Positions 23,804 to 36,809 of a stretch of 64,000 bases of DNA are shown here, piece by piece (within the stretch, counting starts at the first letter, position 1; every line of letters starts with the position of its first letter). The notes beneath the pieces are model-generated. The model was not told where the DNA came from. It saw nothing but the letters and a program-made list of their open reading frames with translations, and did not search any database. The translations under genes were made by a program, and so were the position numbers. This DNA comes from Botryllus schlosseri. Taxonomy: Eukaryota. The DNA lies in assembly GCA_051294905.1 (NCBI GenBank), contig CM119372.1, forward strand, positions 18,168,001-18,232,000, written 5' to 3'.

Positions 23804-26800
23804 ATGAGTGGCGCGTCCGTTATAAGCCTTGCTTCCATGCAAAGCAAGCCCCCGGAAGAAAAATGGCTGTTCTCTGCTGAGCAACTGGAGAACACTCCAA
23901 GCCGTCGGGAAAATGTTGCTTCGGCCAAAGAATTGAATTATAGACAGCAAGCCGCGAATCTGATACAAGATATGGGACAAAGACTTCCTGTGTATCCTTT
24001 AAAGAGAGCAGAAAAATACGAATATTGTGAAATAATCTTGAAATATTGTTAGTTATTACAATTTCATTTTGTTTGATGTGTCGCTTGTGAACTTTTCATG
24101 TTAAATTTGTTCAGCATTGAAAACTATATACCGGTTTTTCAGTCAATAAGTTCTTTTCTATACTTCATTAATAGCTATTATAGTAGGCCTACATTTGCAT
24201 GTGCAGTGAGCAGAGCAGAGCATTGAATTACATCAATTTAAAAATTGCATATGAACATTTTCCTTAACAATTTGATAATAAACAGGAATCAATTGACCAT
24301 CAATACTGCAATTGTATATATGCATCGTTTCTACATGTTTCATTCTTTTCCTGCATTTTCAAGATTTGTAAGTATTGATACGTTAATGATTTTTCTCGTA
24401 AGTATAGTGAACATAACCTTTAGTGGATTTGTTTTTTTGTTACAGGTTATTGCACCAACAGCATTATTTCTCGCCGCAAAAGTTGAAGAACAGCCTCGGA
24501 AACTCGAGCATGTAATTAGAGTCTGTCATCTATGCTTGTATCCGGAGAAGCCCCCATTAGATGTTCATTCAGAGAGTTATTTGAAACAAGCTCAGCAGCT
24601 CGTCGAACATGAGCTGATAATGCTTCAAACTCTCGGTAAGATTTTTTTTATTGCTGTCATTTTTTCAGTGGGGGCTTTCAATCACTTTGTGTTTTTCTTC
24701 GTTGAGCAAGGGATTGGCCTTAACGTGAATTGCTGCTGCTGTTTTAAGTGTGAAATAGGCAAGATAGATGTTACGTCGCCGGACTTGTACTTGTACATAT
24801 CCAGACTGCCATCCGCCGGTGGTCGTTTTCGACAACATGTTGTGCATGACAGACGGATTTCTCGTGTGATTGGAAAATTTCATCCGCGTGACGAAAATAT
24901 TTTTCGCTCCGATTCAATACTGAATTACTTATTAAGCGACGCAATGTGCTAAAATATACCTGGTACACGCCGGACTAGGGCTACGCCGTATATTCACTGT
25001 TACGCAAATGCCACAGTTGCTCGAGTTCATTGTAAAGCGCAAGCGCCCTATTTTGGATCTGGACTCTGGTATCGCTTTGTGACGTCAGCATAATTCATTA
25101 ATCGGCGTGATCAGATATAAATGCTCGCGTGACGTTGCGCGTTGCCGTTGCCCCCGATTCCACACTGGGTGCATATCCGGTTACGTGCTTAGTCAGTGCC
25201 TACCAATTCTGGTTATTCTTTGTTCATGTTCCCTTTGTATACATGTTTTAACTGTCAATGCCATTTTCAATTTGTCAGCTTACAAACTGTTGTAGATGGT
25301 TGCAAGCATGATTGTTAGCGTAATTGAAATTGGAAGAAGTGGATATTAGAGCCCGTATTTCATGGATGATTGATGTGTGATTGATCATGTCTTCTATAGT
25401 ACTGTTCCACTTGAAATTGCGGTTCTGAACGACTGATCTACCTTCAGGTTTTGATATTTCCATTGATCATCCACATACCCACGTTGTGAAGTGTACACAA
25501 CTTGTGAAAGGTAAGTGAATTGTGACATGGTACCGATTCGTTCACAGTATTACATATACTGATTGTAACATTACAGCAAGCCGAGATCTCTCCCAGATGG
25601 CTTACTTCATGGCTACAAATAGGTGAGTATGGTCGAGTTGACTGTGTGTCTGGTGCAATATGCATTTTGTTTATTCACAGCCTCCACCTTACAACCTTCT
25701 GTTTGAAGTACAGACCAAAGGTTGTTTCGGCGATGTGCATCCACCTGTCGTGTAAATGGTCCAACTATGAGGTTGGACAAACGGGGTAGCCTGTGGTATT
25801 TGTTGTTATCACAGAATGATTCTCGTTCCAGATTCCCTTGTCCTCTGAAGGCAGAGCTTACTGGTCATACATGGATAGTACAATCACAGAAGCTATGCTC
25901 GAAAATATTATATCGGAGTTTCTGAAGATCCTCGATCTTTGTCCAACCAGGCTTCGTAAGCTGAAAAGCTACAGGGTAAGTTTCCAAATGTTCCCTAGTG
26001 TTACTTAGAGCCCCTATGTGTACAGACTTGAGGAAAATTTGTGTAGTACAAGATTAGTTTATATCATTCTAGTTGATGCCATTAGAATTATCCTGTATAA
26101 TAGTAGACAAATCTGTGTAGTAAGTATCTCGTGAATTTCCTATGTTTTTCCCCTTACGACTGCGATTTTTTCTGTTTGTTATGGACAGGATTTCACTTTG
26201 GTTTACTTATTGGGGATGCCTGGTAAAACTCCTGCGAATACTTGCCGCGAAACGTTAGTGTCGCTTAGCCCCTCTCTGCCCAAGTGTTGTGTCCTAGTGC
26301 GAGGTGTTCATGGCCAGAGTAAGGTGACATTTCGCCATCCGTCTCGGATTGAAAACGCATGTAGTTGAGTTCGTCGAACTGTGAACGGCATTGCGGTCAC
26401 CATGCGGTATATTGGCTTTGAACCTAGCGCTCAGTGCTGACCATGTGGGGAGAGTTGGGCCGGCGCCTAGACTAAACAGACTTCCTGTTTAACTTCTTCA
26501 TACTGTAATCTCTGACTTGGTCTGAACAAAAAAAAATCAGGTAATATAAAAGTTACTATTTTTCGCTGTACTTTTCCATTGATCCTCTTCGGCTTGCTTC
26601 CCCTTGTGTGCGAGAATTGTGGGTGCGCGCGTGCAGCTCTTGTTGTGTGAGACTTTCCGCGAGTCACCTTAGCATGGCAACCGACGTAAGGCAAATCCTG
26701 ATATCCCCAAACCAAAATTGAACGGAGTTTCACGGATTGCATTGCCGCATTCAGCCGTCCGCGAGAGATGGAGCCGGCGGATCTACGCCTCAATCGAAAG

Positions 26801-29800
26801 ACCCGCATCACAAAGCTGTGTCGAGCAAAGGTACGTTCGGCTACTGGTCTTGTACTTTCCACGTCGCCGTAACTCGTTTCTGTGTTACAGCAACACCCGG
26901 AACTACCTCAAATCGTCCTTTGGACAGTCGTCGACAGGACGCAAGCTCAATGTAGTTTGGAACTCTGGTAGCGTGCAAATTGACAGTGAACTAATTGCAT
27001 GCTTCTGTTAGTGACCAAAAGAAGACCTCAACAAGTCTGACGATTGCCGAATATAAGCACAAGCGCGAAAGAGAGCAGCAGCAGATATCGGCCAAACTGC
27101 CCAACAGATCGGACCACGGGAAGAGCGGGCATAACGCTATGAAAGGTGAATTGCGAACACGCCATTTTCGGGTGTGTTTTACAAGGATGATTGTTTGCCT
27201 ATCAAATGACCTAATACTGGATGTACTTGTACACTACGGAGGCAAATCTGCACAAAATGCCTTTTACCTATCGTTGATCCCAGTCGATTTTCCAACTTAT
27301 AATCGTTCAGGTGCTCATCCACAGAGCATATCGGACCACGGGAAGATCAGCCATAGCGCTATGAAAGGTGATTTGCATAATATATTGTCTACAGGTACTA
27401 TGCATTTGACAATGATGTTTGCTTACTGGGAATGACATAATTATGGATACACATTGCACTGAGTCAAATCCACATGATGCCTTTTAACTTCAGCAAATCC
27501 TCATGGATTATTTGACTTGAAATTGTTCAGGTTCGCACCCTCCTCATCAACCGAGCCTGTCGGACCACGGAAAGAGCGGGCATAACGCTGTCAAAGGTGA
27601 GTTATGTAATGTGTTGTGTCTTTAGTTGAATTTGACAATGATGTTTGCTTACTGGGAATGACCTAATGATGGATACACATTGCGCTGAGTCAAAACCACA
27701 TGAAATGGCGTCTTTTAACACGTCTTTGCTCACTGATTATTGGACTTTGAATTGTTCAGGTGCGCACCATCCTCATCAACCGAGCATGCCGGACCACGGA
27801 AAGAGCGGGCATAATGCTGTGATAGGTGAGCCGCGTCATGTGTTACGTCTTTGGTTATGCTTGACAATGATGTTTGCTTACTGGGAATGACCTAATAATG
27901 GATACACATTGCACTGAGTCAACCAACGACACAATACGTGTTTATAACGACATCTGTGAGCCCTTCATTAGATGTCTTAACTTTTCAGGCATGCATCCTG
28001 CTCATCAGACGTCGAAGACTTCCGCCTCTTCCGCTGCCTTACTGATGAAAACAGACGTTCACTCGAAACATGAGAAAGTTCGCCCACAGCCCGATGACCA
28101 TAAGAGGCCTGACAAAATGACGCCTGTCCTCAAAGCCCATCAGGGTACTGCGCCTGTGCCAGCTCCGCACCGTCAGAAACATCAGCCCTATCCTCATTCG
28201 GGGCCTCACGAAAAAGACCCCGCGAAAGCCTTGGCGCGACACGCCCCTCACCAAAACTCTAGACACGACTCGAAATCGAATGAACGCCTGTCTGGCTTGA
28301 AGGTACGCGATAGTCAGGTGGGTTATGCTTCGTATCACAATGTTTTCCAGTTGCTAAGCACGCCGCTGTGTCTGTTTTCAGTCTATGCAACAAAACAAAC
28401 CAACGCATCCTCAAGTGAACCAGAGCGCTGAATCCGGTTGGTAGATGGGATCTTAAACTTTTTGGGCACGGGGCTCTCGAATTTTTTTAGTGATGGTGTG
28501 GACTGTTTTTGTGTTTGTCGTTCATGTTGATCAAACACAGAAATTAAGGAAGCCTAAAGTAGTAGTCGTAGTAGCTCAAATGCAAAATTTAGGTCGTTGA
28601 CGACTAAAAAGGTCATCACTGGGGCAAGTTTTTGCAACTTTTTTACAACTTCCGGCAGCTTCCTAAATGCTCATAAGATATGTAGAATGCTGTTTTAAGC
28701 TGTTAGAAGGAATCTTATAGTGCAACTTGCAACTTTTGTCCATTTTTGTTTTCATGCAACATTTTGCAACTTTTTTGATTTTTCATGAAAGTATTTTTGA
28801 TTTTGGTGAAATACACCGCCAAATTCAACTGAAATACCGTAAATCAGCACTGAAGCAACGCTCTTGCGGTTATTTCGGGAGCTGAGCCGGAAAGTTGACC
28901 ATTTTTTTAGTCAAAGTGGGAAGTTAACCTTTTTTTTCTAGTCAACCGAGCAAAATGTAAAACTTTTGTAAAAAAATAAATGCAACTTTTAACTGCAACT
29001 TTTGTCGAAAATGAATGCGACTTTACACGGTTTTAACTGCAACAAAAACTTGCCCTAGTCATCACTTTCAGTCAGTCTGGCCTACCTACTGACTGAAAAA
29101 TCGCTTTTTGCCCAGCCCTCATTGGTAGTTATATTACGCTTGGTTAGTGCTTGTATAGTCCGTGTAGCTATCGCGACCTGTGGTGAACAGGTCGTAGACT
29201 TGCGAGTCAGAAATGAGAACATCTTATATATAAGGGCAGGGCAGTCTGGTTATACATCTGTATTTCGAAAATTGTTCTTTGATTGACCCTCTAAAAGTAT
29301 TCTGCACCCCCATGGGGCTCATGGACCTGGTTTTAAGAACCTCCGGGTCAGTGGTGCTGCTTTTTTCCTCGTCTTATGTCGTGAGTGTTGACACACGATG
29401 CTTTCAGCGGACCTGGCCGGGATGGAACAGAAACTACTGGAGCAGATGAACGCGGTGAAATCGGAAGCGAGCGCTGCCAAGCCTATCGAAGGCTTGTCGT
29501 TTGCGGAACAGCAGCCGGCCACGCTGTCGCGCTCCAAGGACCTCAAACCCCCGAAGCAGTCTCACTTGCTCCCGCGCAAGGAAATCGTCGGCAGCCAAGC
29601 CTCTACGCACGAGCTGCCGAGGACCTACGAGGGCCTTTACGAGATGTATAAGAAAAATCCGGACATGTTGCGGCACAGGCTTCAGTCAAAGGTACCGTTT
29701 TGAATGTATGTCTCGCTTCGAGCCGTGGTGTGAAAGGTGCAATGGGTCTATGCCAGGGCTTCTCTACCGTTTTATGAACCTACTCGACAGCCTATTTGGG

Positions 29801-32555
29801 AAGTTTATTGCAAAAAAAGTCAGGTGATTACTAATGAAAAAATGTCAGCACCTCGGCTCCCCCTAGAGAAAAGGCTAGTCGATACCCTTGAGTTGAAACC
29901 ACTGCTCTTCGCACAGGCGAAGTCCGGTCCGTTGTCTGAAGAGGAAAAAAGAATCTGGAACAGGATGAAGAGGAAAGACTTGGATCGAAGGAAGAAAAAG
30001 GACGAGAAACACCGGGCGCATAAACCTGACACCGGGCACAAGTCTGCCGAGCATGCGAGCGCAGCTGCATCCGGCGGACTGACCGTCCGCATCAAGATCC
30101 CTTCCTCGGCCTTGAACGCTTCCGGTAACTTGCCGACTACTTCTGGATCTGATACGGGTCCATCGTCGTCGCCCGGAGCTTCTGCTCTCAAGCAAGGTGA
30201 GCGCATGATAAATTGTCGTGCAGTGGTGTGGGCAGCAGGCATGGGGTGATTACTGTATGAGTGTAATCGATTGCGGTTACGATAACATCGAAAAGTAATG
30301 ATTATTTATTCCCGATAACGATTACGAAGTCATAGTCCCTTCGCAAAGATCGATCAGATATGATTTTCAAATGTTGATTACGAGTGTAAATCGTGATTTT
30401 ATAGTGCATCCTCTGTTTTTAAAATGTCCTTCTTTTCGAGCACTCTTATTTCTCCGCTGTCCCAGGCGCCACTGCATGTGCTCAGTTTTATCCAATTCCT
30501 CTGTCTTGTAGGGAGGAAGCGCTCGCACGATTCTTCGAGTCTGTCCGTGCCCGTTTCGGCCAAGCATTCGAAGAAATTCGAAAACAACCACCACCACCAT
30601 CAGGGGTAAGTCTTCCGCTCTGTTTTCAGCGAGGAATCGGGTTTAAGTCCTGCTTTCTTCACAGCCACGATCAAACTAAGCACAGGCGTAAGCATAGTCG
30701 ATCTGGCTCTCACCATTCCAAGTCTGGCCAGTCCTGCCAAAATATCGACGATGCCACTTTTCGGCAAGCGCTTAACGATGCAGTTAGCATGGTGAGATGT
30801 AGTGATAATGAAGCAGATCATTGTTCTGCGTCGTGCTGTTTGTATTTTGAGCTTTTCTTGGCGTTGGCTGGTGGTGATGAGTGATTGTTTTGTCTGTTAG
30901 TAATTGTTCCTAGACGGAGGAAACTAAATATGTAAAAGATGTATCAACGCTCCTTTTTCTTGGCCTGTTAAAGGGAAACGCCTATAACATGCTTTTTTGG
31001 TAGTGCTCTCATTTTAGAATGCTCCTAATTACCTAATTAGGTACATGAATGGGGCTTTCATATCGGATTTCAAACAATGTGCAATGATTTCCTAGTCACC
31101 CCGACAATTTTAACCCACCAACTGTTTTTGCAAGCGCTGCAATAGTAAAGCCAGTCCAGTGATGTCATTCAAATTTCTTGTCTAAAAGTCAGTAATACCC
31201 AGCAATGCTAGCCGGTTTGATGATCTGAACGTATTTTGAGAGACAGTTCCGTAGAACATTCTGGGCGCCGTTTCGTCTTACCCATGACGGCCGACAATAA
31301 TCATGCGGCCATTTCGAGGTTCAGTCTGGCAACACCGCGACCGCGCAAGGCCCTGAACGTTCGGTGCCAACGGTGACTCTGAAAAGAACGGAGGCTCAGA
31401 ACGGCAGCGGAGACGGGTACGTGGCGCACTCGTCCCAGCAAGAGAAAACTAGGTGAGTGTGGCATGCCGCTCTACGCTCGGGCCCTGTTTTCTGCCCTGC
31501 CGGGGAATATGAAACTACCGGCAGGTTTCATACGCAGGGGATATTAGACCATGGTATGCCAGTGCAAAATTTCCGTCTCTATGGAAGGTGTCGCATTTAG
31601 CTTACTACATTTTAATTCAATATCTTTTCACGTTACTTTCACTTCAACACTGATGAAGGAGCGGTGCTCCGAAAGCTCGTTTGATAAATAAAATCATTAC
31701 TTTTCAAGTGGATGTTAAATCTAAGGTGTTATATTATCTGTATCTGCTGCTGTCAGCTCAACAGATTACATTTAAAGAAGCACTCCGTTCCAAATTTGCG
31801 AGTCTGAAATTAACGTTGACAGTGTGAAAGACATATTGACGTCAGCCGTTTTCCTCAGAAAGGCACCGTGTTTGAACTGCAGCTCTGTTCGAACTGCAGC
31901 TAAGAGGTACCAGATATGATGGATTTGATAGGGTGAATCTTCTAGCTGCAGCTGCATAGGTCACTCACTTGGAAATCGCTACTTGTACTTATGTAGAAAT
32001 TTACGACTTTACTTCCACTTCCTACTACAAGTTTTCCTTTTATTGGCAAACTAGATTTGAATTGGCTCACAGGAAATCGCGCTTGGAAATCAATTTGAAA
32101 TTTACGGTGTTCTCTAGCATCGACGATGACCGCTTTGTGACCTGTGTGTATTGGTGAATTATTGAATCTTTCTCAGGCCGTCGAGTCGAAGCAGGCAGCT
32201 GGGATTCGATCCTTCCGCGCCGGTATCTGATACGCCTCCGGACGACTTGTTCGATTCCGAACCGCCCGCAGACTCTAAAGCCGAACCCGTTAATCGAGAT
32301 TCTTCGCCCGAAATGGGAGAGATTCTTGATGATGACGATGATGATGTAGACACCTCTGTTCTCCGTCACCAAGAGGCTACGAATTACAACAGCTCTCAGC
32401 GGTATCATTTTAACCAGGCGGAGGGTACAAAATATCGGACACAACCTGGTGAGCTGGACAGACAGCACGCGCGATCGGGCCCGCATTCGGTCGGGGATAA
32501 GTCTACGGCCGGTTTGACGCTGTCCGGTTTGAAAAGGCATGATCAGCGGACGTAG
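23804..32555 (+). CDS. CCNT: Cyclin T (P-TEFb cyclin subunit), multi-exon
   Basis: Exons 23804-23991, 24286-24367, 24446-24635, 25448-25510, 25577-25622, 25681-25771, 25832-25975, 26755-26830, 26891-26951, 27012-27145, 27311-27367, 27531-27596, 27760-27825, 27989-28302, 28382-28436, 29408-29691, 29917-30196, 30512-30605, 30665-30791, 31325-31452, 32177-32555 join in frame. The cyclin box reads [32 protein letters not shown]...[19 protein letters not shown]...[44 protein letters not shown], closely matching cyclin T1/T2. The C-terminal low-complexity exons are less certain. Confidence 0.95.
23992..24285 (+). other. U12-type (minor spliceosome) GT-AG intron 1 of cyclin T
   Basis: Donor GTATCCTTT at 23992 and branch site TTCCTTAAC at 24260-24268, 17 nt before the AG, with no polypyrimidine tract. 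Splicing restores RLPV-NQLTIN. Confidence 0.92.
27108..27925 (+). repeat. Tandem exon+intron duplication (about 220-230 bp unit, 4 copies) in cyclin T
   Basis: The exon motif CGGACCACGG(G/A)AAGA..GGCATAA.GCT.TGAAAG|GTGA recurs at about 27110, 27332, 27561 and 27790. The intron text ACAA(T/G)GATGTTTGCTTACTGGGAATGACCTAAT..TGGATACACATTGC recurs after each copy. Confidence 0.9.
28620..29057. mobile_element. hAT-type MITE with GCAACTTT repeats in a cyclin T intron
   Basis: TGGGGCAAGTTTTTG...CAAAAACTTGCCCTA; TSD GTCATCAC. Confidence 0.88.
31644..31685 (+). ncRNA. Minimal hammerhead ribozyme motif (Penelope-like element type)
   Basis: TCAAC-A-CTGATGA-A-GGAGC-GGT-GCTCC-GAAA-GCTC-GTTTGA, with AATAAA just downstream. 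Confidence 0.7.
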
Positions 32556-33801
32556 CTCCGGGCTTTTGCTGGAATGTTTTGGTTAATCCTAATTATTGGA
32601 TGCCTGATGGTATATTTTGGTCGCGTGCGGTTGGATGCTGCGCGCCCCGAAGATTTCTCCGATTGCCGTTTGAGAAATGGAGCGATTTAACGCTAAGATT
32701 CGCTGCCACGTCAGGTAAAGTATGCTGAATGACATTGCCTTTGATCTTCCGCAATAAATTTTCTATCGTGCACTGGCGACCTTGATTAAGTTAGAGCAGT
32801 GCTTTTCAACCTGTATGACGGTTCGCACTTGTGCGAATGAGAAAAATTGCAGTGGGAATAACGAAGGACGTGCGAACGGTGCGACTGAAAACTCCGGATG
32901 AGTGCGAATGAAAATCGTGAATAATTGTCAATTTTGTTGACGAGGAATAATTCAAATAAACCTATTAGAAAATTGTTGAAGGGCAGTATAACCTTTGTAG
33001 TTGCGACGCAATTGCAAAAACTTTTTCAACTTACGACGCACCACTAATCGTAGCTCTCTCAAGCCTTGGTGAATTAATATTTTTGCCCTGTGATTATTAC
33101 GTAGCCTGGTGCAGTAGCTGACACAGTATATTAACCCATCTGAGCCCGCGAAAGGCTGGAAAAATGACGTCAAATTGACTTTCTGCGTTCTTTCGCTAAA
33201 CAATCATATTTTCGTAATAACTATTCGCGATGCGCGAGGATAGTAGTAGATAACATCGTTACAGTAGCTTGCACTAACGCAAATATCAGCAAGTATGGAC
33301 ACAAAGGGTATAATTTTTGGTCGACACGGTGACAGAGCTATCTGTTAATATGTAGGTATTATTTGTTAAATTTATAGAATCCTGCGATCGTTTTTTAGAT
33401 ATCCAAGGTCACTGTGTTGGGTAATGTAACCAATAAGCAATTCCAACCAGTTAAAGCGGAGTTTTTCGTTGATAATCCTCCTATCTGTTCATTACATCGC
33501 ATTGTACATTGTGTGTGATTTGTTCAGATGAAAAATGTAACCCAACGATTAATACTAATACCTCGCAGTGAGTTGGCGAGTGCGCGCAGACTCGTGAAAC
33601 ACTAAAGCAGGGGTGGCCAACTTTTTCAGCCATGACGCAATTGACGAACCATTGTGCGCGGCGACTATAGCTGCGCGAGGCGCGAAAATATTTTAAGGTT
33701 TAGGCTACAGGTCTATAATAGGATGATATATTTAATTGAGCATATTACGGGTATGCTGTAGGCTACATCGCTGGGCTCAGTTTGCACCTGGACATATCGA
33801 T

Positions 33802-36800
33802 TAGGGTGGAGTGAAAATGACTTTTTTTTTCAAATCGAAAAAAAGGGTTCCTCAATCCTGCCAAATGACCTAAAACTTCAATAAAAAGTGACTTCAGGGG
33901 ATTACCCCCATTTTCCAGCCGGCAACCCCCCAATTTCTGCGCGTGGGGGGGGGGGTAAAATGACCCATCTCGGCAACCGCTGGTCGTAGAGTCATGATAT
34001 ATAGCTCAAAATCTGCGGAAACATCATGTTTCTATCTGTCTTAAGAAGAAAGTTTTCTCTATTGTGAACACAAAATGAGTTATAGCCAAAAAACAATGTA
34101 TGTGTTGAAATTCAGCATTTATTCTGACGAATTGTGATCTGTCATCAGTTTTTTTTTTTAAATAAAAGTAACACACTGGCAATAATGAATATTGGGCCCA
34201 TAATACCAATATATTAGGGTTACCATACGCCCTCTTTTAAGAGGATTTGTCCTCTTTTTTGACTTTTGAAAGTGTCCTGACTGTCCTCGGAGGACGCCCT
34301 TCTGTCCTCTTTTTTGAAAATTTAGGTCGGATTTAGAGCAAATTGCGAGTGATATGCCGTAAATTAGCACAGAAGTGACGCTCTGGCGGGTATTTCGGAG
34401 TGTAAAACGGTGATTTTAGCTCTGGGCGGAAAGATGACCTTTTTTTTTTTTTTTTAGTCATCCACCTAGCAATGCGGAAAGAAAAACGGTATTTTGAGCT
34501 CTGAGCGGAAAAGATGGCCTTTTTTTTAGTCAACCGATCAGAAAGTGGGAAAAATTCACCGGTTTTAGATAATTCTTCTCCGGTTTTGCAAGTCTCAAAT
34601 TTCTGAAAAAGTGTCCTCTTTTTAGATTTCCAAAATATGGTAAGCCTACAATATATTCACAACACAGTCGTTTTAAAAAATCGGTTCAAAACATCATAAT
34701 GAAGCACTCACATTCAACGACTTATTGGAAATGCATTTTTGTGTCAAATTTTTTCATCAGTTTACGAGACTTAATTTTTTGGCGAATGAGGCCATCTCGT
34801 CTTTCAAATCCTGAAACTTGTGCTGATGCTTCTGTTACGAGCTTTAAATGTCGTCCCACTGTTTGATTGCGGCATGGATGAAACAAAATCAGAGGCAAGT
34901 CACGAAGAGAACGTGCCAGATGCAGAGAGGCACTACGGCAAGAAGAGCAACAAAATTTCAGTATGGTGGATGATATATACTTTGATGGACGTAAAGATGC
35001 CACACAAATGGTTATGCACGGTCCTAACGAGAAGTACTACAGATCTCTTCAATTGGAAGAACACTATACTGTAGTTGGCGAGCCGGAGAGTTATGACCTC
35101 ACCCACCTTTTCTCCTGAAGATGGAAAGGGCATAACCATAGCTCAACATCTATTCAATGCAATAAAAGATACAGAATTGCAAGATAAAGTGGCAGTTGTC
35201 AGTACTGATGGCACTGCATCAATGACAGGAAAACATACTGGATGCATTAGAAGCCTGGAAGAGTTGCTGAATAAGCCACTTCAATGTATAGTATGTCTGC
35301 TTCATGCTAAGGAATTGCCTTTGCGACATGTATTTGCAGGTCTCGATGGTGTTACAAGTGGCCCAGATACATTTGCCGGTCCAATTGAAAAAAACTACCT
35401 GGAAGTGTATCTTGTTGGCCAGTTACTCAATTCAAAAAGCTCTCGCCACCACTTTTGGCCTTTCCAAAGCTCCCATCCGAAGTTGTGAATGACTTAAGTA
35501 CGGACCAGTTATATGCTTATAAAATGTGCTGAGCAATTATTCAAGGAAACGTTGCTGATGATCTGGCTTATTTGGAGGTTGGACCAGTTGTGCATTCAAG
35601 ATGGCTAACTTTGGGATGCAGTGTTTTACGGTATTATGTGACAGTTGATGAACCGCCTTTGAACCTGGAGATTCTGGCTCGTTTTTGCCTTGAAGTATAT
35701 TTTCCGACTTGGTTTGAGATCAAGCTAAACAAACATATAACACATGGATCCAGAAACTTCTTCAACTTGATTCAACGGGTTTTAAATTTCTCTGACCAAA
35801 ACATTCGGGAAATTGCTTTGAATGCGGTGATAAGAAACGGTTATTCCGCACACCTCGAAAATAGTATGATTGCAATGCTGGCAGATGATAATGAAGACAT
35901 ACGAAATAATGGTGTGACCAAGGTGCTTGCGATTCGAAAACATGCCGCTGAAGAAAATTCTTTATGGACATTGAAAGTCATAGCAGTTCCAACCAATTGG
36001 ACTGCAGTCCTATTCGTTTATTCTGTGTTCCAAAGTAGAACTTGGAAGCAAAGGCATACCACGAGTTGGTTGATATTGAACCTTATCAACAACTTTCTCC
36101 GGCGATTGAGCACTAATGCAGAGATGGAAGAATGCCGCGAGAAGCCTTTGATTTTGTTTCATCCATGCCACAATCAAACAGTGGAGCGACATGTAAAGCT
36201 CGTAACAGAAGCATCAGCACAAGTTTCAGGATTTGAAAGACAAGATGGTCTCATTCGCCAAAAAATTAAGTCTCGTAAACTGATGAAAAAATATGACTAA
36301 AAAATGCATTTTCAATAAGTCGTTAAATGTGAGTGCTTCATTATGATATTTTGAACCGATTTTAAAAGGACTGTGTTGTGAATATATTTGTATTATGGGT
36401 CCAATATTCATTATTGTCAGTGTGTTACTTTTACTTTCAAAAAAAAACTGATGACAGATCACAATTCGTCAGAATAAATGCTGAATTTCAACAAAAATGT
36501 GCGTATATATTGTTTTTTGGCTATAACTCATTTTATGTTCACAATAGAGAAAACTTTCTTCTTAAGACAGATAGAAACATGATGTTTCCGCAGATTTTGA
36601 GCTATATATCATGACTCTACGACCAGCGGTTGCCGAGATGGGCCATTTTACCCCCCCCCCCCCCCCCACGCGCAGAAATTAGGGGGTTGCCGGCTGGAAA
36701 ATGGGGGTAATCCCCTGAAGTCACTTTTTATTGAAGTTTTAGGTCATTTGGCAGGATTGAGGAACCCCTTTTTTCGATTTGAAAAAAAAGTCATTTTCAC

Positions 36801-36809
36801 TCTACCCTA
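33802..36809 (+). mobile_element. Foldback hAT-superfamily (hATm-like) DNA transposon with about 660-bp inverted arms and a decayed transposase
   Basis: TAGGGT(G/A)GAGTGAAAATGAC termini with exact 8-bp TSD ATATCGAT. Frameshifted transposase at about 34900-36300 with DGTASMTG, CLLHAKELPLRH, HSRWLT and PCHNQTVERHVKLVTEAS. Confidence 0.88.
34215..34648 (-). mobile_element. MITE, TAGGGTTACCATA family, nested in the left arm of the foldback element
   Basis: TSD CAATATAT; absent from the mirror-image right arm near 36380. Confidence 0.92.

Noticed and set aside
24245..24952. 235-aa ORF as a single-exon gene
   Set aside because: Read-through of cyclin T exons 2-3 and flanking introns.
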